This document shows positions 40,179 through 53,166 of a stretch of DNA of 64,000 nt, piece by piece. Below the pieces are notes generated by a model. The model did not search any database. It had not been told where the DNA came from and worked only from the letters and a program-made list of their open reading frames with translations. The stretch is from contig NC_092671.1 of assembly GCF_964355755.1 (NCBI RefSeq), positions 14,012,001 through 14,076,000 of the forward strand. Direction: 5' to 3'. Each line of letters opens with the position of its first letter. The stretch's first letter is position 1. The position numbers were made by a program, and so were the translations under genes. The DNA comes from Antedon mediterranea. Its lineage: Eukaryota; Animalia; Echinodermata.

Positions 40179-43100
40179 TAAACAGTTTTCATGATCAATA
40201 TTAATTCAATCATTTCAACAACAAAAATATAGTAATACAAAATAAAAACAAATACAAAATATAATCAAGAAGAACTTCTTCAGCTTTTCTACAATATATT
40301 CGAATATTTACAGTACGCCTATTACAGGACTAAATGATTATTTGTCCCCAATGCTACAGACTGTTGTATTTTTCTATTCACTACTGTACCTTTGACCTTA
40401 CCCAGAGTTATTAAATCCATGAGAGCATCAACAAGTTAGTGTATTAGAATTTGGTTAGGTAATGTTACTAAATTTAGAGTACACAACACAGTGTAAATAA
40501 AGCTGTCTTTTGTATAGATCAGTACGGTCCCTGGTTTTCAAAGCAAGAATATTCTTCCAGGGATTAACTAAATTCTCAGAACATTCTGCCTACTTGGAAT
40601 AACCATAGTTCCTGCTAAAATAATCAAAGTAGTGTTTAATGGTCTAAAACAGGAAACTACGAGTAAAAAGGAACAGTTTAGGGGAAATTCCAATGTTTTT
40701 CCATTTTCACAATTGATAATTACCGTAATCTTTACAAAAAGAGATTTTGCTATCATTGAATAATTAAAGTTTATTCATAATATTGAAATGATAACCAAAA
40801 GTCAAAATTCTTTTAAATTATTGAAGCAAAGTTTGGTAGATATTAAATAATTTCATTTACGTGTATGTGGAGATTGTGAATTTGTACATTGTAACATCTA
40901 AAGGAATTAATTTAAACCATGGTATGCAACATTCCTACTCTATGGTGTATTGTACAGTAACTTACAATTTGAGTGAGAAGCCAAGAGCACAATACTGCAC
41001 CTCAGTTGAGCAGCCCTAAACTAATACATCCCTCAAAAAAAAAACTTTATTTAATGCTTAAAGAAGGACTTGGATCGACTATACTGATTAATTTCTATAG
41101 CATACAGTATTTTATTATTGTTTTTTTCTACTGTACTTTCTTTTTTACATGTTACACAACCTCGTAGAAGATCGTTGTCGTCATATTAAAATAGTAGTGA
41201 CATAATTAGAAAAGATTACTATTCAATATGGAACAAGAACAAAATATAAAACCAAAAGAAAGAGCATTGTATTATTTAAACACATTATGACTACAAATGA
41301 TAATAATAATAATAATAACTACATCTGTTTTTGCTCTAGTGTGTTTGTTTATGGCACAAAGGGTTACTATGTACAGCTACATACCTTGTAAATTCCGAAA
41401 CAGGATTTCTTAGAACATACAAGTTGCCCGGAAAGATGCAAGCTCGTAGAAAAACCAAATTTCCTAGCACAAGCTGCCTTCACCGAATTTAGTAATAAAC
41501 AAATTTATCACTTGAATTGAGGATATATTAAAAAGTGAAGTCTTTTATATATTTGACTTAGATTTCAATGTGGTGATAAATATTGCGCTATCAGTGATGT
41601 GGTTCAAAGTCCTAGGCAATTATAAAAAATACACACAAAAGCCGATACTGCAATACTTTAAAACTATTACCGCTTGCAAATTGATAAGGAACTGGGTGAA
41701 ATCCATTGTAAGGCCATCGTATTGCTTACTGTTTAGATTTAATATGTGATAAATTCATTACATATTAATATTGCTATCATTGATGTCAGTCTTTCTTATT
41801 TAAACAGTTTCTACTATAGATTACTGCAATGTTCAATATGGTATACTAAATAAATTGCAATTAGTTGAATGTTCACAAACTGACCGATATTTTATCATGT
41901 CAATCTAAGGTAGGGGTAGTTCAAAGTTCATAAATATGTTCTCCAACCTATCAAAACAAATAAACTGTTTAACAAGGGGCTTCACTCCCTCACACCTCAC
42001 ACATTCACCTAACGTGGATGAATCAACTATTTGATAAACAAAATAATTGTTCATGTATCAGGTTTGTAGGTATCTACAACAGAACAACAAATGATTTATG
42101 AGATGCACAAAAATGAATCTGTTTCACTTTGATTTCATTGTTTGCCACAGTATGTTAACCAACCACATTCCCCTACTGAATATATCCCCTATTGTGTATA
42201 TAAAAACTATCTCCTACTGGGTCTGTCTCCTACTCAACACTGCTGCTATTGGAACTAGGGTCTGACTGGAACCAGGGTCTGTCTTCTACCGAGTCTCTAC
42301 AGTCTGCCAATACAGTACTAGTATTTTATCAACAATATTCCCCTATACAGTACTATAAAGCTTTAAATATTATTAATTGTGCAATTATGACATTATATTA
42401 TACTGTTATGTTTATCAAATATTGGCTATAGGCCAATCTGCACACTGACACAATATGACCTAAATCCACTTGCTATAAAAAACTAAAATTAAATAACACA
42501 AGGGGGAATGTATACTGTATCCTTTTTGCAAACCACAACTTTCACTGAATATAACCAAATACGGTTGTGTTAAATAGTCCTTCAAATTGGTGGTAGCAAA
42601 ATGAATATACTGTAATTTAATACTCATGTTATCCTTTTCCAAGGAAATGTATAATGCATGATGACAATTTTAAATTTCCCTGATTATACAGTAATGATGT
42701 TTACACAAATTGTTTATTATACATCTCACACTTCCTAAGTCCCCCAGTAACCAGTAGAGTTTCTTGACATTTGATCTTCTGTCTGCCAATAAAAGGATGT
42801 ACACTTTTGATTAATTTGGATATTCCAAAAACATCCAAATAGTGCGTACATTTCAGAATCTTTTGGTTAATAAAGGTGAAAAATGCGATGGCAACGTAAT
42901 TTCCACAAGACATACCCACGTTTTATTATAGATGGTGTTGCCTAAATTTGTTCAATACCGCCCTCTATGTCTGGATATATATTTAACAATATAGCACCTT
43001 CTATGGTTTGGCCATGCATTTATAAAGTCTCCAGATATTAAATTTTTCCAAGTTTGAATATTAACGAGTAGCAACAAAAATTTAAACATAACAAATTGAA

Positions 43101-43195
43101 TTTCAGAACTTCACTAATTTTTAAATTAACATAATGATGACAAAGAAAAAATATTAAATAATTGTTTTGAACTGTCATGAAAGGTTATGTTGTCA

Positions 43196-43337
43196 AGCTC
43201 TGACTACACTATCAAACTAGTTTGACCAAAAAAAAGTGTGATGTGCCCAAATTTGGTAGTGATATGACATCATCCTATCCATATATGGGCACATCACATT
43301 TTTTTGTCACATAAAGTTTGATAGTGTAGACAGAGCT
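43196..43337. mobile_element. Tourist/PIF-Harbinger-like MITE, full length
   Basis: TIRs AGCTCTGACTACACTATCAAACT / AGTTTGATAGTGTAGACAGAGCT; flanks TCA / TTA. Confidence 0.8.
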
Positions 43338-46257
43338 TTAGATATTTGTCAATTTGAAATATTAAGTAACAATGAATAAGTTGACAGGATTCATACTTCC
43401 TTAATATAGTATCAATGCCATATGAAAGAACTTTTGATTCAATAGCCTTTCACCCCAACTACTAGAATCAAACTTCCATCCAGACATAGGGAATTCATTT
43501 TAACCCTGTAGACTGTAACAGACCTCGGTCTCTAAATCTCGTTTACCACCAAGAACATAATGGATCTATCTACCTATAATACACTATTGAAAATTAATCA
43601 AAGAAAAATTATACAAGCATGAAGAATAGCTACAAAAAAAGCGTAGGTTGAGTTAAAAGAGAAAAAAAAATAATTTTGTCATTGTTATTTTTTACTTTTA
43701 CACATAAATCATCTTATTGACTGACATTTTCCCCCAAAAAATAATTATACACTAATAATATTTCATATTTTATTTGCTCTCTGTAGACAGGTATCCAGAG
43801 TATCATAATAATAAGTGACTGTACCATGATACATCCTAAATAAATAGAAATTACATAACATTATGTAGAGTTCATCAGTAAATACTATCATATGAATGTT
43901 TAATAATGTTATAATTTACTTGCAGTAAACAAAATAGATGCTAATCATGTTCATGATGAGGATGGTGAACGTTACTTCAGGCAGGTAGATTAGTGTTCAC
44001 TAAACCGGAATCAAGTTTAAATGGATGCATGAATACATGAATAATACCAATTTGTTTAGCAATGTGCTTACTGTAATAAAAGTTAATGGTTCCTGGGGCA
44101 CTATTTTGTAATATTGTAAGATAACTATACAAAATTGGTATAAAAATGAAGTAAATTGGTATAAATTTTTGGGGATACAGCCTGAGAGGTATTGCAGTGT
44201 GTGTAAAAACGTTTCATTTCATTTACTGGAATTATGAAATTCTATTAAGTTCATATTTTGTCTATCCTTGGTTATCCCACAAGTGCTGTTATTGTAAGTA
44301 GACAATATAGGATTTTAGGATCATTTTAGAATATAAAACGTAGTTACTGACTGAAAGAGAAATGATTTTAAAATTTAGTACACCTCTGTATCGCATGTTT
44401 GAAAACACACACAGTACTGTAATACTGTACACATATCTAATATAGAGTGGTAATAAACCAACGTATTGTTTAATGTTGAAATTTGAAACCCTTATCATTA
44501 ACTCGCTGTTTACTGCCCTCAGACATTTTAGACAGAACAAAGTGAATAAAAGCTGAATATTTTTTAAAGACACTTTTTCTGACTTTTTAAAATTTATTTG
44601 ACGACTTTTAAAACTATAAAGAAAGCAATCATAAAATATATTGGATATAATTTTAAAATGTTCTATTACTATTATATTTCATTACTATTAATCAAACTGA
44701 ATTTTTAGTCTAGAAAACTTAGTTTTGTATTTTTTGCTAAACAATTATAAATGAGTAATAATAAGGTACCAGTAGTTTTTTGTTATTCTACACTGGCAAC
44801 ATTTTTCCTGGATTATTACTGTAATACTAAAAGATGTCAACAAAATTTTAACTACAATTGTTAAAATATGGAATATCATATCATTTTATGCTACATCAAT
44901 TCATTTGAATTTTAATATTTCAAATAATAGGTGAATAGATTGCTTCACTAAACTTCAGTATACAATTGAGTTTGATGAATCGTAAAAAGCATAGACGATT
45001 CTAGAAACAATTAGTACTGGAAAATTTAGGGAAAATAATATGCATTGGTATTAATTCTTATAAATTCAACAACAGTATATGTATGTTTAGGATGATGAGC
45101 ACCATAGGATCATATCACACGGGTCTCATAATCGTAATCATCAACCAGAAGCCTACTGGGTTATTTTTTTTAATTACTGTTTTGGTAGACAATACAAAAT
45201 CTTTCATTCATATTTTAACTTGATAAACTTCAGGTGGACTATTATACAATATACAATACATTTTTAAGAAAATAATTCCAATGTAAATCAATAATTTATG
45301 TAATATGTAAATTAAAGAATAAATATAAAGCAAGTGTAAGATTAATTTAAATTTTTTTACTTATAGTGCATTAAATCAATATTTGTATATGGCTCTTATA
45401 ATAAATCTTTTTTGAAAACTGTAAATTAGGAATAAATATAGATAAGTGTAAGATAAATAGTAATTTTTAACTTTTATATTCTATTCCAATTTTTTTAAGG
45501 ATTCTTATTTTGTAATTTGCATGTTCTTTTTATCAGTTCCTTGTTTTTAGGACCCAAGTGGAAATAAGTTTTTAACTTTTCTTGGCATTCCTTGTAATCA
45601 AGGCCTGTTTTTTTTTTTTCTATTTTCTATGTATTATATTTTATTGTGTTTTTAACCTTGATTACCAAATAAAGAAATTCAAAAAATGTGTAATTTGAAA
45701 ACAGAAAAACGACTGGATGGTGTAGTATCTTGTACAGTGTGTGTTTATTTGTCGTGTGAACAAATTGCCATTCAATTAGGTTGATACAATTTGCTAGCGG
45801 CAAACACTAGCACTACACCTAAATAAATCGTGTTTTTTTAATAGTCTTGAAATTCATGATTGTGACTGTGTTTTTAATGCATTTCATTTGCTGCTTTGCA
45901 GTACATGGAACTAAATGAATGAACATTTTGGGTATTATAAAAATACTGCTTTAAGAAAATGTTACAGTAACACTCTCTCAATTTAAAAATTAGCTGATCT
46001 TCTACTATAAACAGACATTATAATTTTTTTTTAAATAGATAACTCTTTTAATTGATATAGTTTAGTTTCTATTTAAGGTTTTGTATAACAGGTCAGTTTT
46101 TTTATGTACGAGTATTATACATCACTAAGTAGAATAAGTTGAGTGCTTCAGCATAAATTAATAAATTATCTCTTTTTTTGTGATGCGAGTAATGTGTTCA
46201 TTTATAAAGTTTCAGTAAGTTACTATACTGATGTGACTAAATGATAATTATTACTTA

Positions 46258-46378
46258 AGTTCTATCTACACTATCAAACTAGTTTGGCAAAAAAAGTGTG
46301 AAATGCCCAAATATGGTAGTGATATACCCAAATATGGTATTGATATGACATCATCATGTCTATATATGGGCACATCAC
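46258..46378. mobile_element. Truncated Tourist/PIF-Harbinger-like MITE
   Basis: Left TIR and body match the 43196 family; right TIR absent. Confidence 0.7.
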
Positions 46379-46559
46379 AATGACAATTATTAGATATTGG
46401 ATATCAAAATATTGCAAATTGCTACAAGAATAGAATAGTGAAAAATGAGAGAGAATCAATTTGATCTCTGGTGCACGTACATATAATTGAGGGACCACCG
46501 TACCACGCCTAGAATGTTAAAGAGTTGCTATTCAATCGGGTTTGAACTATACCATGGAA

Positions 46560-46633
46560 GCCTCAGTGGTCTAACGGTTAGGACAATCTGCATATCAAGC
46601 AGAAGGTTCCAGATTTGAATCTTGATTAAGGCG
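46560..46633 (+). mobile_element. tRNA-derived SINE head or degenerate tRNA pseudogene
   Basis: A-box-like TGGTCTAACGG, anticodon-arm-like TCTGC-ATATCAA-GCAGA, decayed B-box GATTTGAATC, and imperfect acceptor pairing GCCT..AGGC. The T arm is too degenerate for a functional tRNA. Confidence 0.6.
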
Positions 46634-47036
46634 ACTCACAGACTTTCTTATCTTATCGTTTCAATTTAATTAATACATTTTCAGTATATCATCGGGTGGT
46701 TTAAAATAAATATTCTGTGGTGTCTACGGTGTTTATATATATATCTTATTGTGTTTATAATATAAATATATATGAGTATGCCTTGAACTGGCTAATAGGT
46801 AATCTATAGCAGTATTTATACATTTATACTGCCTAATGATGGAATATTTCTGAATTGTAATGATATTTATTAATGCTACCTGCATCATCATCATTCATGA
46901 TTTGATCGATATAAGAATTTTTGTTATTAAATACTGTAGTAATTTATAAACATATGAAGGAGATAAAGTAATGTTAATATTTCTTGAAGATTGGTTACCA
47001 CTAGTAGTACACAATGCAGGGATGCATTAGTAATTA

Positions 47037-47399
47037 GTGATGGAACAATCATGATGTGATGGATCATGATGTGATGGATCATGATGTGATGGATCATGAT
47101 GTGATGGAACAATCATGATGTGATGGATCATGATGTGATGGATCATGATGTGATGGATACGGTACATCATGATGTGATGGAACAATCATGATGTGATGGA
47201 TCATGATGTGATGGATACGGTACATCATGATGTGATGGATCATGATGTGATGGATCCTCATGTGATGGATACGGTACATCATGTGATGGAACAATCATGA
47301 TGTGATGGATACATCATGATCTGATGGACCAATCATATAATGTGATGGACCAATCATGATGTGATGGATACATCATGACGTGATGGACCAATCATGACG
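47037..47399. repeat. Minisatellite based on 15-mer CATGATGTGATGGAT with variant spacers
   Basis: About 20 units with recurring inserts (ACAA, ACGGTA, CCAA). Explains the (MIHHI)n ORFs. Confidence 0.95.
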
Positions 47400-48527
47400 T
47401 AAAATTACCTGTTTGGTGCTTACGTTTTTGCATTGTCACATCTTAGTGAGAACCAAGCTTAAATTGTGTTTCAACAGAAAACAACTTGAGATGACAGCCT
47501 AATAGTCTAACAACGTAACAGACATCAATTTTTTGTTTGTATGCATTTTAACCTGAGCATTGGTCAATGTTTCGTTACTATATAAATATAATTTGTGATA
47601 CTGTAGCATTGTGTCTGTTTTGCGCAATAACTCATATACAACTACTTATTCCTATTATCTTTTAGAAACAGCCTTATGAACTCAATATTATCCAATATTG
47701 CAAGTTATCATTATCAAAGAAAGGAGATCAATAAATACATTAAAAAAAGTATAAATACAGGCATATAAGACATTAAAAGTCATAGACTATCAAACAATAA
47801 AATTGCAATTTGTTTTTTCTTGATCAATATAATTTTCCAATTTGCATAGCTTTACAAAATTACAATACAATTGTTCGAGTAAAGGAAAGTACTTAAGTAT
47901 TAATAGGAAAATTTAAAATGAAAGTTAGTACTAAACAATAGCTACATGCCCAATAGTCATTTTCCACCATAAATCCCTTGAATTATACATTAAAAAAAAA
48001 TAAAATAACAATCATCATTTCAAAGGATAAACTAATTTTATTGATTAGCTATATCAAATTTGCAATATTATCCAGTTTATACCATTTATTTAAGATTGTA
48101 AACCGTTATATATAATAGAAGATTATAAGAATAATAATCCTATATACTGTAATTTAAAATGTATAAAAAAGAAGAGAGAATATACAGTAATGCAGGTACT
48201 GTAATAGAAAAAAGAAGTGACAAAACAACATGATTCAATCATTATGTTAAATAAGTTATAAAAACTATAAAAATTGGTCTTATCTATTTTGACTTAAGTT
48301 TAGTATACGTAGTCTCAAAAAGTGTTATTTTTCTAAACTATTGCTAAACAATAATTTTTTTATGAAGAAAAACGATATTATTGTAGAAATATGCTGGTTG
48401 AATGAAAGAATTATAATAAAGAATCGGAAGTAGAATGATATCACCATCAAGGCTTATTTGACTGGTAAGATCCTAAAAATAAATGCTGTTTTATGGACAG
48501 ACAAGAAGTACAATACAGTTTGAGTAA

Positions 48528-48656
48528 AGCCTTATCTACACTATCAAACTTTATTTGACCAAAAAATGTGATGTGCCCATATTTAAGCATATCACTACCA
48601 TATTTGGTCACATCACACATTATTTGTCAAACTATTTTGATAGTGTAGACAGAGCT
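48528..48656. mobile_element. Tourist/PIF-Harbinger-like MITE, full length
   Basis: Same TIR family; 3-bp TSD TAA at 48525-48527 and 48657-48659. Confidence 0.8.
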
Positions 48657-48867
48657 TAACTTGTGAGTAACCAGTTGCATAGGCATATAGACCAGGGCCC
48701 TAGCTACTAGTATGGTTGGCAACGTTTCAACCTGACCACTTTATCACAGAGGCCTTTGACAAAATAGTAACTTGAACTGAGATTGTTTACTCTTTTTGCG
48801 ACCACCTCACCACTTTATTTCTAATGGTGGCTACACCAATGTAGACACTAAAAACCTCATTTTCTTA

Positions 48868-49055
48868 AGCTCTGTCTATATCAGGGAAATTACACTATTC
48901 CCTGGTCTACACTATTAAACTAGTTTAACAAAAAAAGTGTGATGTGCCCAAGTATGATAGTGATATGCCCAAATATGGTAATGATATGACATCATCATAT
49001 TCATATATGGGCACATCAAATTTTATTGTCATATAAAGTTTGAATAGACAGAGCT
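48868..49055. mobile_element. Tourist/PIF-Harbinger-like MITE with a small insertion in its left TIR
   Basis: Same TIR family; TSD TTA on both sides; 23-bp hairpin inserted at 48882-48904. Confidence 0.8.
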
Positions 49056-51887
49056 TTACATAGCACTCCAAGAATTAAACATAATGTTTACTACAGTATA
49101 TAACAGACGGAGAGAAAGTTATCAATGATATACAGGAAAGCAGAGTTATTGCACATTTCCTTTCATTAAAACTTTCTAGGAATCCTGTTCTATTTATTCA
49201 TAAACCACAGAGTTTCCTTTCATTATTCATAGCTTGAAATAAAAATAATACGGGCTTGTTTGTACTAGAATGAAATTATCAATCAATTTATTTAATTTAT
49301 TATTTTTGGGCAATACAGGAACAGGTTTAGATCAAGTCTATAGATCACTGTCTACCAGTGGACAATAACAAAAGTTTATAAAGAGAAATTTAAAAACCAC
49401 TAAACAAACCACTTAAGGAAAACCCTTCAACATTTATTGACTTCAGTGAACACTTAATATTTAAGGACAAATTTCCACCTACCTTCACTTGAATTTGGCA
49501 ACATGACTCTTCAAGTTTAACCATTTAAAAAAACGGACTCTTGCAAACATTTTGTATATTTTTTGAAATCTTTTTATTTTTAGCTAGAATTGTTTTAATA
49601 ACTCTGTGGTTCCTGTACCTTGAATTGCTATACATTCTATCATTTTTAAATTCTTTGTATTCCAAATTTATATTTAGCGGAAATTTCTATATATAAAAAA
49701 GGATACATTTGCAACATTTTATCATTACTGTATTTTAATTTAGCCCCGAGGCGCTCAAAAAAGGAAACACATGTGCAGTGTTCTGTATATACAATACAAT
49801 GTACAATACGCATTACAAAAAGATTACTAATGTTAGGCAAGTCTATACACACAGCTAGGTTCTGCTCTACTATATGAGATACAATTATATTTTACTGTGT
49901 ATTGTGAGACAGACTTCCAAGCTTGTTTTTTTCTCTCAAAGTAACATTAACAATGAAATTTAAAATAACATTTTAGTACTGGTTTTATTATCGTTCTATC
50001 TAGTATGCTTTTTGCACCATGCACAAATGAGGAAAGATTTGCTGGCACATACTGTAGTGGTTTCTATCTAGGTCTAGACATCATGCCAAGATGGTGCTAA
50101 AATGCTAACAGTTTCTGGAGATGCATGTAAACAAGGATCGTTAACTACTGAAGTGCTATCCATATGTAAATAATCGAGAAGTAAATCTATATTGTAAACA
50201 TTATCAACTATAAGAGTCAACACAAACACAGCTTAAAGTGAGCCACAATGGAGAGGGTGCATCAAAATCAGATTGAAGTTGGGCCCACTACTATGCATAT
50301 TATATGTACAGTACTGTATGTTGCCATTTTTTGTTGAGAGTATTAACTTGAATGTACAGTATATTTCTATAATCCTATCTAAATGTAAGAAATTAACTAA
50401 CAAATCAAATACATTAATAACGCGATTTAATAGAGCTGTACTATATTTAAATTAAATTGTGTTTTGATTTATATTTTCAACAATACAGTACATTATGGTG
50501 GCCATTTTGAAGAGTCTGCAACGTGTTTGATGTGTATATAGCTCTCTAGCTGTACTGTATAATACCTGGTTTTGAATCAACAAACCATGTCAATACATAT
50601 TCCATAAAATGCCTGGAGGATAAAAATTCCTTCTAACTTTAGATTTCTCCCAGGCACACTAAAAGCTGACTACCTACTGAGGCTAATACAGTCTGTCTAC
50701 CTTATCGCACTAAAAATATCCTTTGATAAATTTACATTTAACAAGATAATAGAAGAGTTCAGAATGCAGGTAAATCACTCAGTTTACGGATATAGTCAAT
50801 TTTTTTGGATCTTGGCTGCACCCACTAATGAAATGATATTATTACCTAAAATAGTAATTTTATAGTTATATAATCTTCCAGCGCATTACTTATTGTATAC
50901 TTTAATAAAGCTATTTGAATTTTAGCTAATAATATTTTACTTTACAGTATTTCATTAATTTTTATATTTTTTTTGATATTTGAAACTAGTGAGTGCATTG
51001 AAATTCAATTCGATAATTTGCATATTTTTTTTATCTTTAAACTGTTATAATCATGTTTTTTTCTATAAAATTTTAAATATGTTGTTTGTTGTAGGGGGTT
51101 GCGGATACTAACATGCTTCTTATGATACTAGATATAATAATAATAGTTCATTCTTAGCGCATATATTAAGCAAGCTCTCAAGGGGCTGCACATTATTACC
51201 CCGGTCATTTTTTATACAAAGAGTTTCATTCAATACGATGTCAAAATATCTAGTCCTGTTAAATGTTTTATTATTTTTTCTCAAAATGTTAGGTCAGTAC
51301 ACTAGATAACAAACAAGACTAAACGTAGTGGGAAGATAGTGGGCGGCTAGATGGTGGGTGTTACATTATTATAACTGTCAAGAATTTCAAAATTTAGCAA
51401 TTACTGTACAAGCTTTGGCCATCTTCAATTATGTTTCTGTACTGTAAAGTCGAAATCATATTTCCATCTTGATTTTTGGAATTTTAGGTTAACATAATAA
51501 CAGCACAACCAAATAAGACACTTCTACAACTTTCAAATGTTTTATAAATGATTTAAATCTAATGATTTAAATGATTTACTGTCTGAACCAACTTTCTAGC
51601 ATTAACTTACATTTTCAATCTCTGATTTTATTTATTTTAAAATCCACAAATCTAAGATTGTATTGTTGTTTTGTATGCTTTTTTCAATTAAGCTACTGTC
51701 GTGTATGAAGGTATGGGAGAACAGTTTTTTTTACTGAAGAGGTTACCCAGTATAAGGAATAAATTAATTAATTAACGAGTATAGCCACCAAACAAGATTA
51801 CTTTTCTGATGTTGAACAAAATATGGAGGCAACAAATATTCATTTCTTCCATGGTCAAATTAAGAATTATAAAAAGAATGGTTATTA

Positions 51888-52044
51888 AGCTCTGTCTACA
51901 ATATCAAACTAGTTTGACAAAAAAAAGTGTGATGTGGCCAAATATAGTAGCAATATACCAAATATAGTAGTTATATGACATCATATCATGTCCATATAGG
52001 GGCACATCCTTTGTCACATAAAGTTTGATAGTGTAGACGGAGCT
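51888..52044. mobile_element. Tourist/PIF-Harbinger-like MITE, full length
   Basis: Same TIR family; TSD TTA at 51885-51887 and 52045-52047. Confidence 0.8.
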
Positions 52045-52880
52045 TTAAGTTGCTAGACAATACTCAATTCTAGTGATGTGTTGTCTGAAAGGGGTGTTGT
52101 CTGAAATGTATGTTTACGAGTTTATATCGCTCTTCTCAGAAAAGAAATAGGCAAATGTTGGTTTATTCAGGAAGCTAGGCACGACCGCTATAACATTGAT
52201 TACTAAAATGTAAATCCACTTCTGTACACAGTATCTAGACTATAATACAGTGTTGTTCTTTTCAATTATATGATTTATGATTATTTACACAAGCAGTGTG
52301 GCATACAAATATAATCTGTATAATATTAAAGATACATTTACTCATATCAAAATATGACAATACATTATGCCAGCACAATTAACATTTTATGATAATTTAA
52401 TTAACCAACTGTTGCAAATACAGTGAATATCATTATACACAATTTGCTGTGCAAAGTGATAATTTATTAGTGTATATTTAAGTACAATTATGCTGCTGGA
52501 ATAATAAATATAAAATGATTGGCAGTCTAACTTCTGATCAACAAAGAATTAAAAAAATAACCCTATTTAACATAATGTTCTAGTATTAAGGTAAATAACA
52601 AAAAAAATGATTTTTTAATAATGAAAATTATAATATTAATAATTACTACACCATTGGTAGGCTACATAGTCCATGTACACAACACCATACGCTACTAAAC
52701 CTCCGGTTTTGACCTTCATGCACTACTGTAGCTTAGAATAAAGCATACAAAATAACAATAAAATCATAGATTTGTGGATTTACTCAACAAAAACAGAGAT
52801 TAAAAATGTAAACAGAAATGGAAGTTGATTCACAGCCTAACTATAATATTGACAAGTGAAAGAATGTGTTAAGCACTTAC

Positions 52881-53166
52881 CTTTGATTTTGCGCTGAAAT
52901 TATATCACATTCCAGTCTGGTTTCTGTGAAACGATTATTCTTCCGAGAAGCTTGATAGGCAAGCCCATTGAACTCTGGTCACAACAGATGTGGAATACGT
53001 GGAAACGGGGTTTAGCGGTAGCCAATACAATCCTACACAGCCAAACGCTTGACTAAGCTATCATATTACAAAGTATTGTATTGACCTTTTCATAGAATTG
53101 CATACAGCAGACTCTCACAAAGACGGCTGTTTGTGGAGGCTACATTCAATCAATCTTGCTTATTTT
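52881..53166 (-). other. Putative internal 5'UTR exon of the large minus-strand gene
   Basis: Strong acceptor TTTTTCTTACAG and consensus donor AAG|GTAAGT bracket a 286-nt block richer in GC than its flanks. The frame that would join exon 35600 contains a TGA with no later ATG, so it is probably non-coding. Confidence 0.55.

Noticed and set aside
46560-46633. Functional tRNA-Asp(ATC)
   Set aside because: Degenerate T arm/B box and acceptor stem with an atypical anticodon; treated as a SINE head or pseudogene.
46927-47294. His-rich (MIHHI)n proteins
   Set aside because: Translations of a 15-bp minisatellite.
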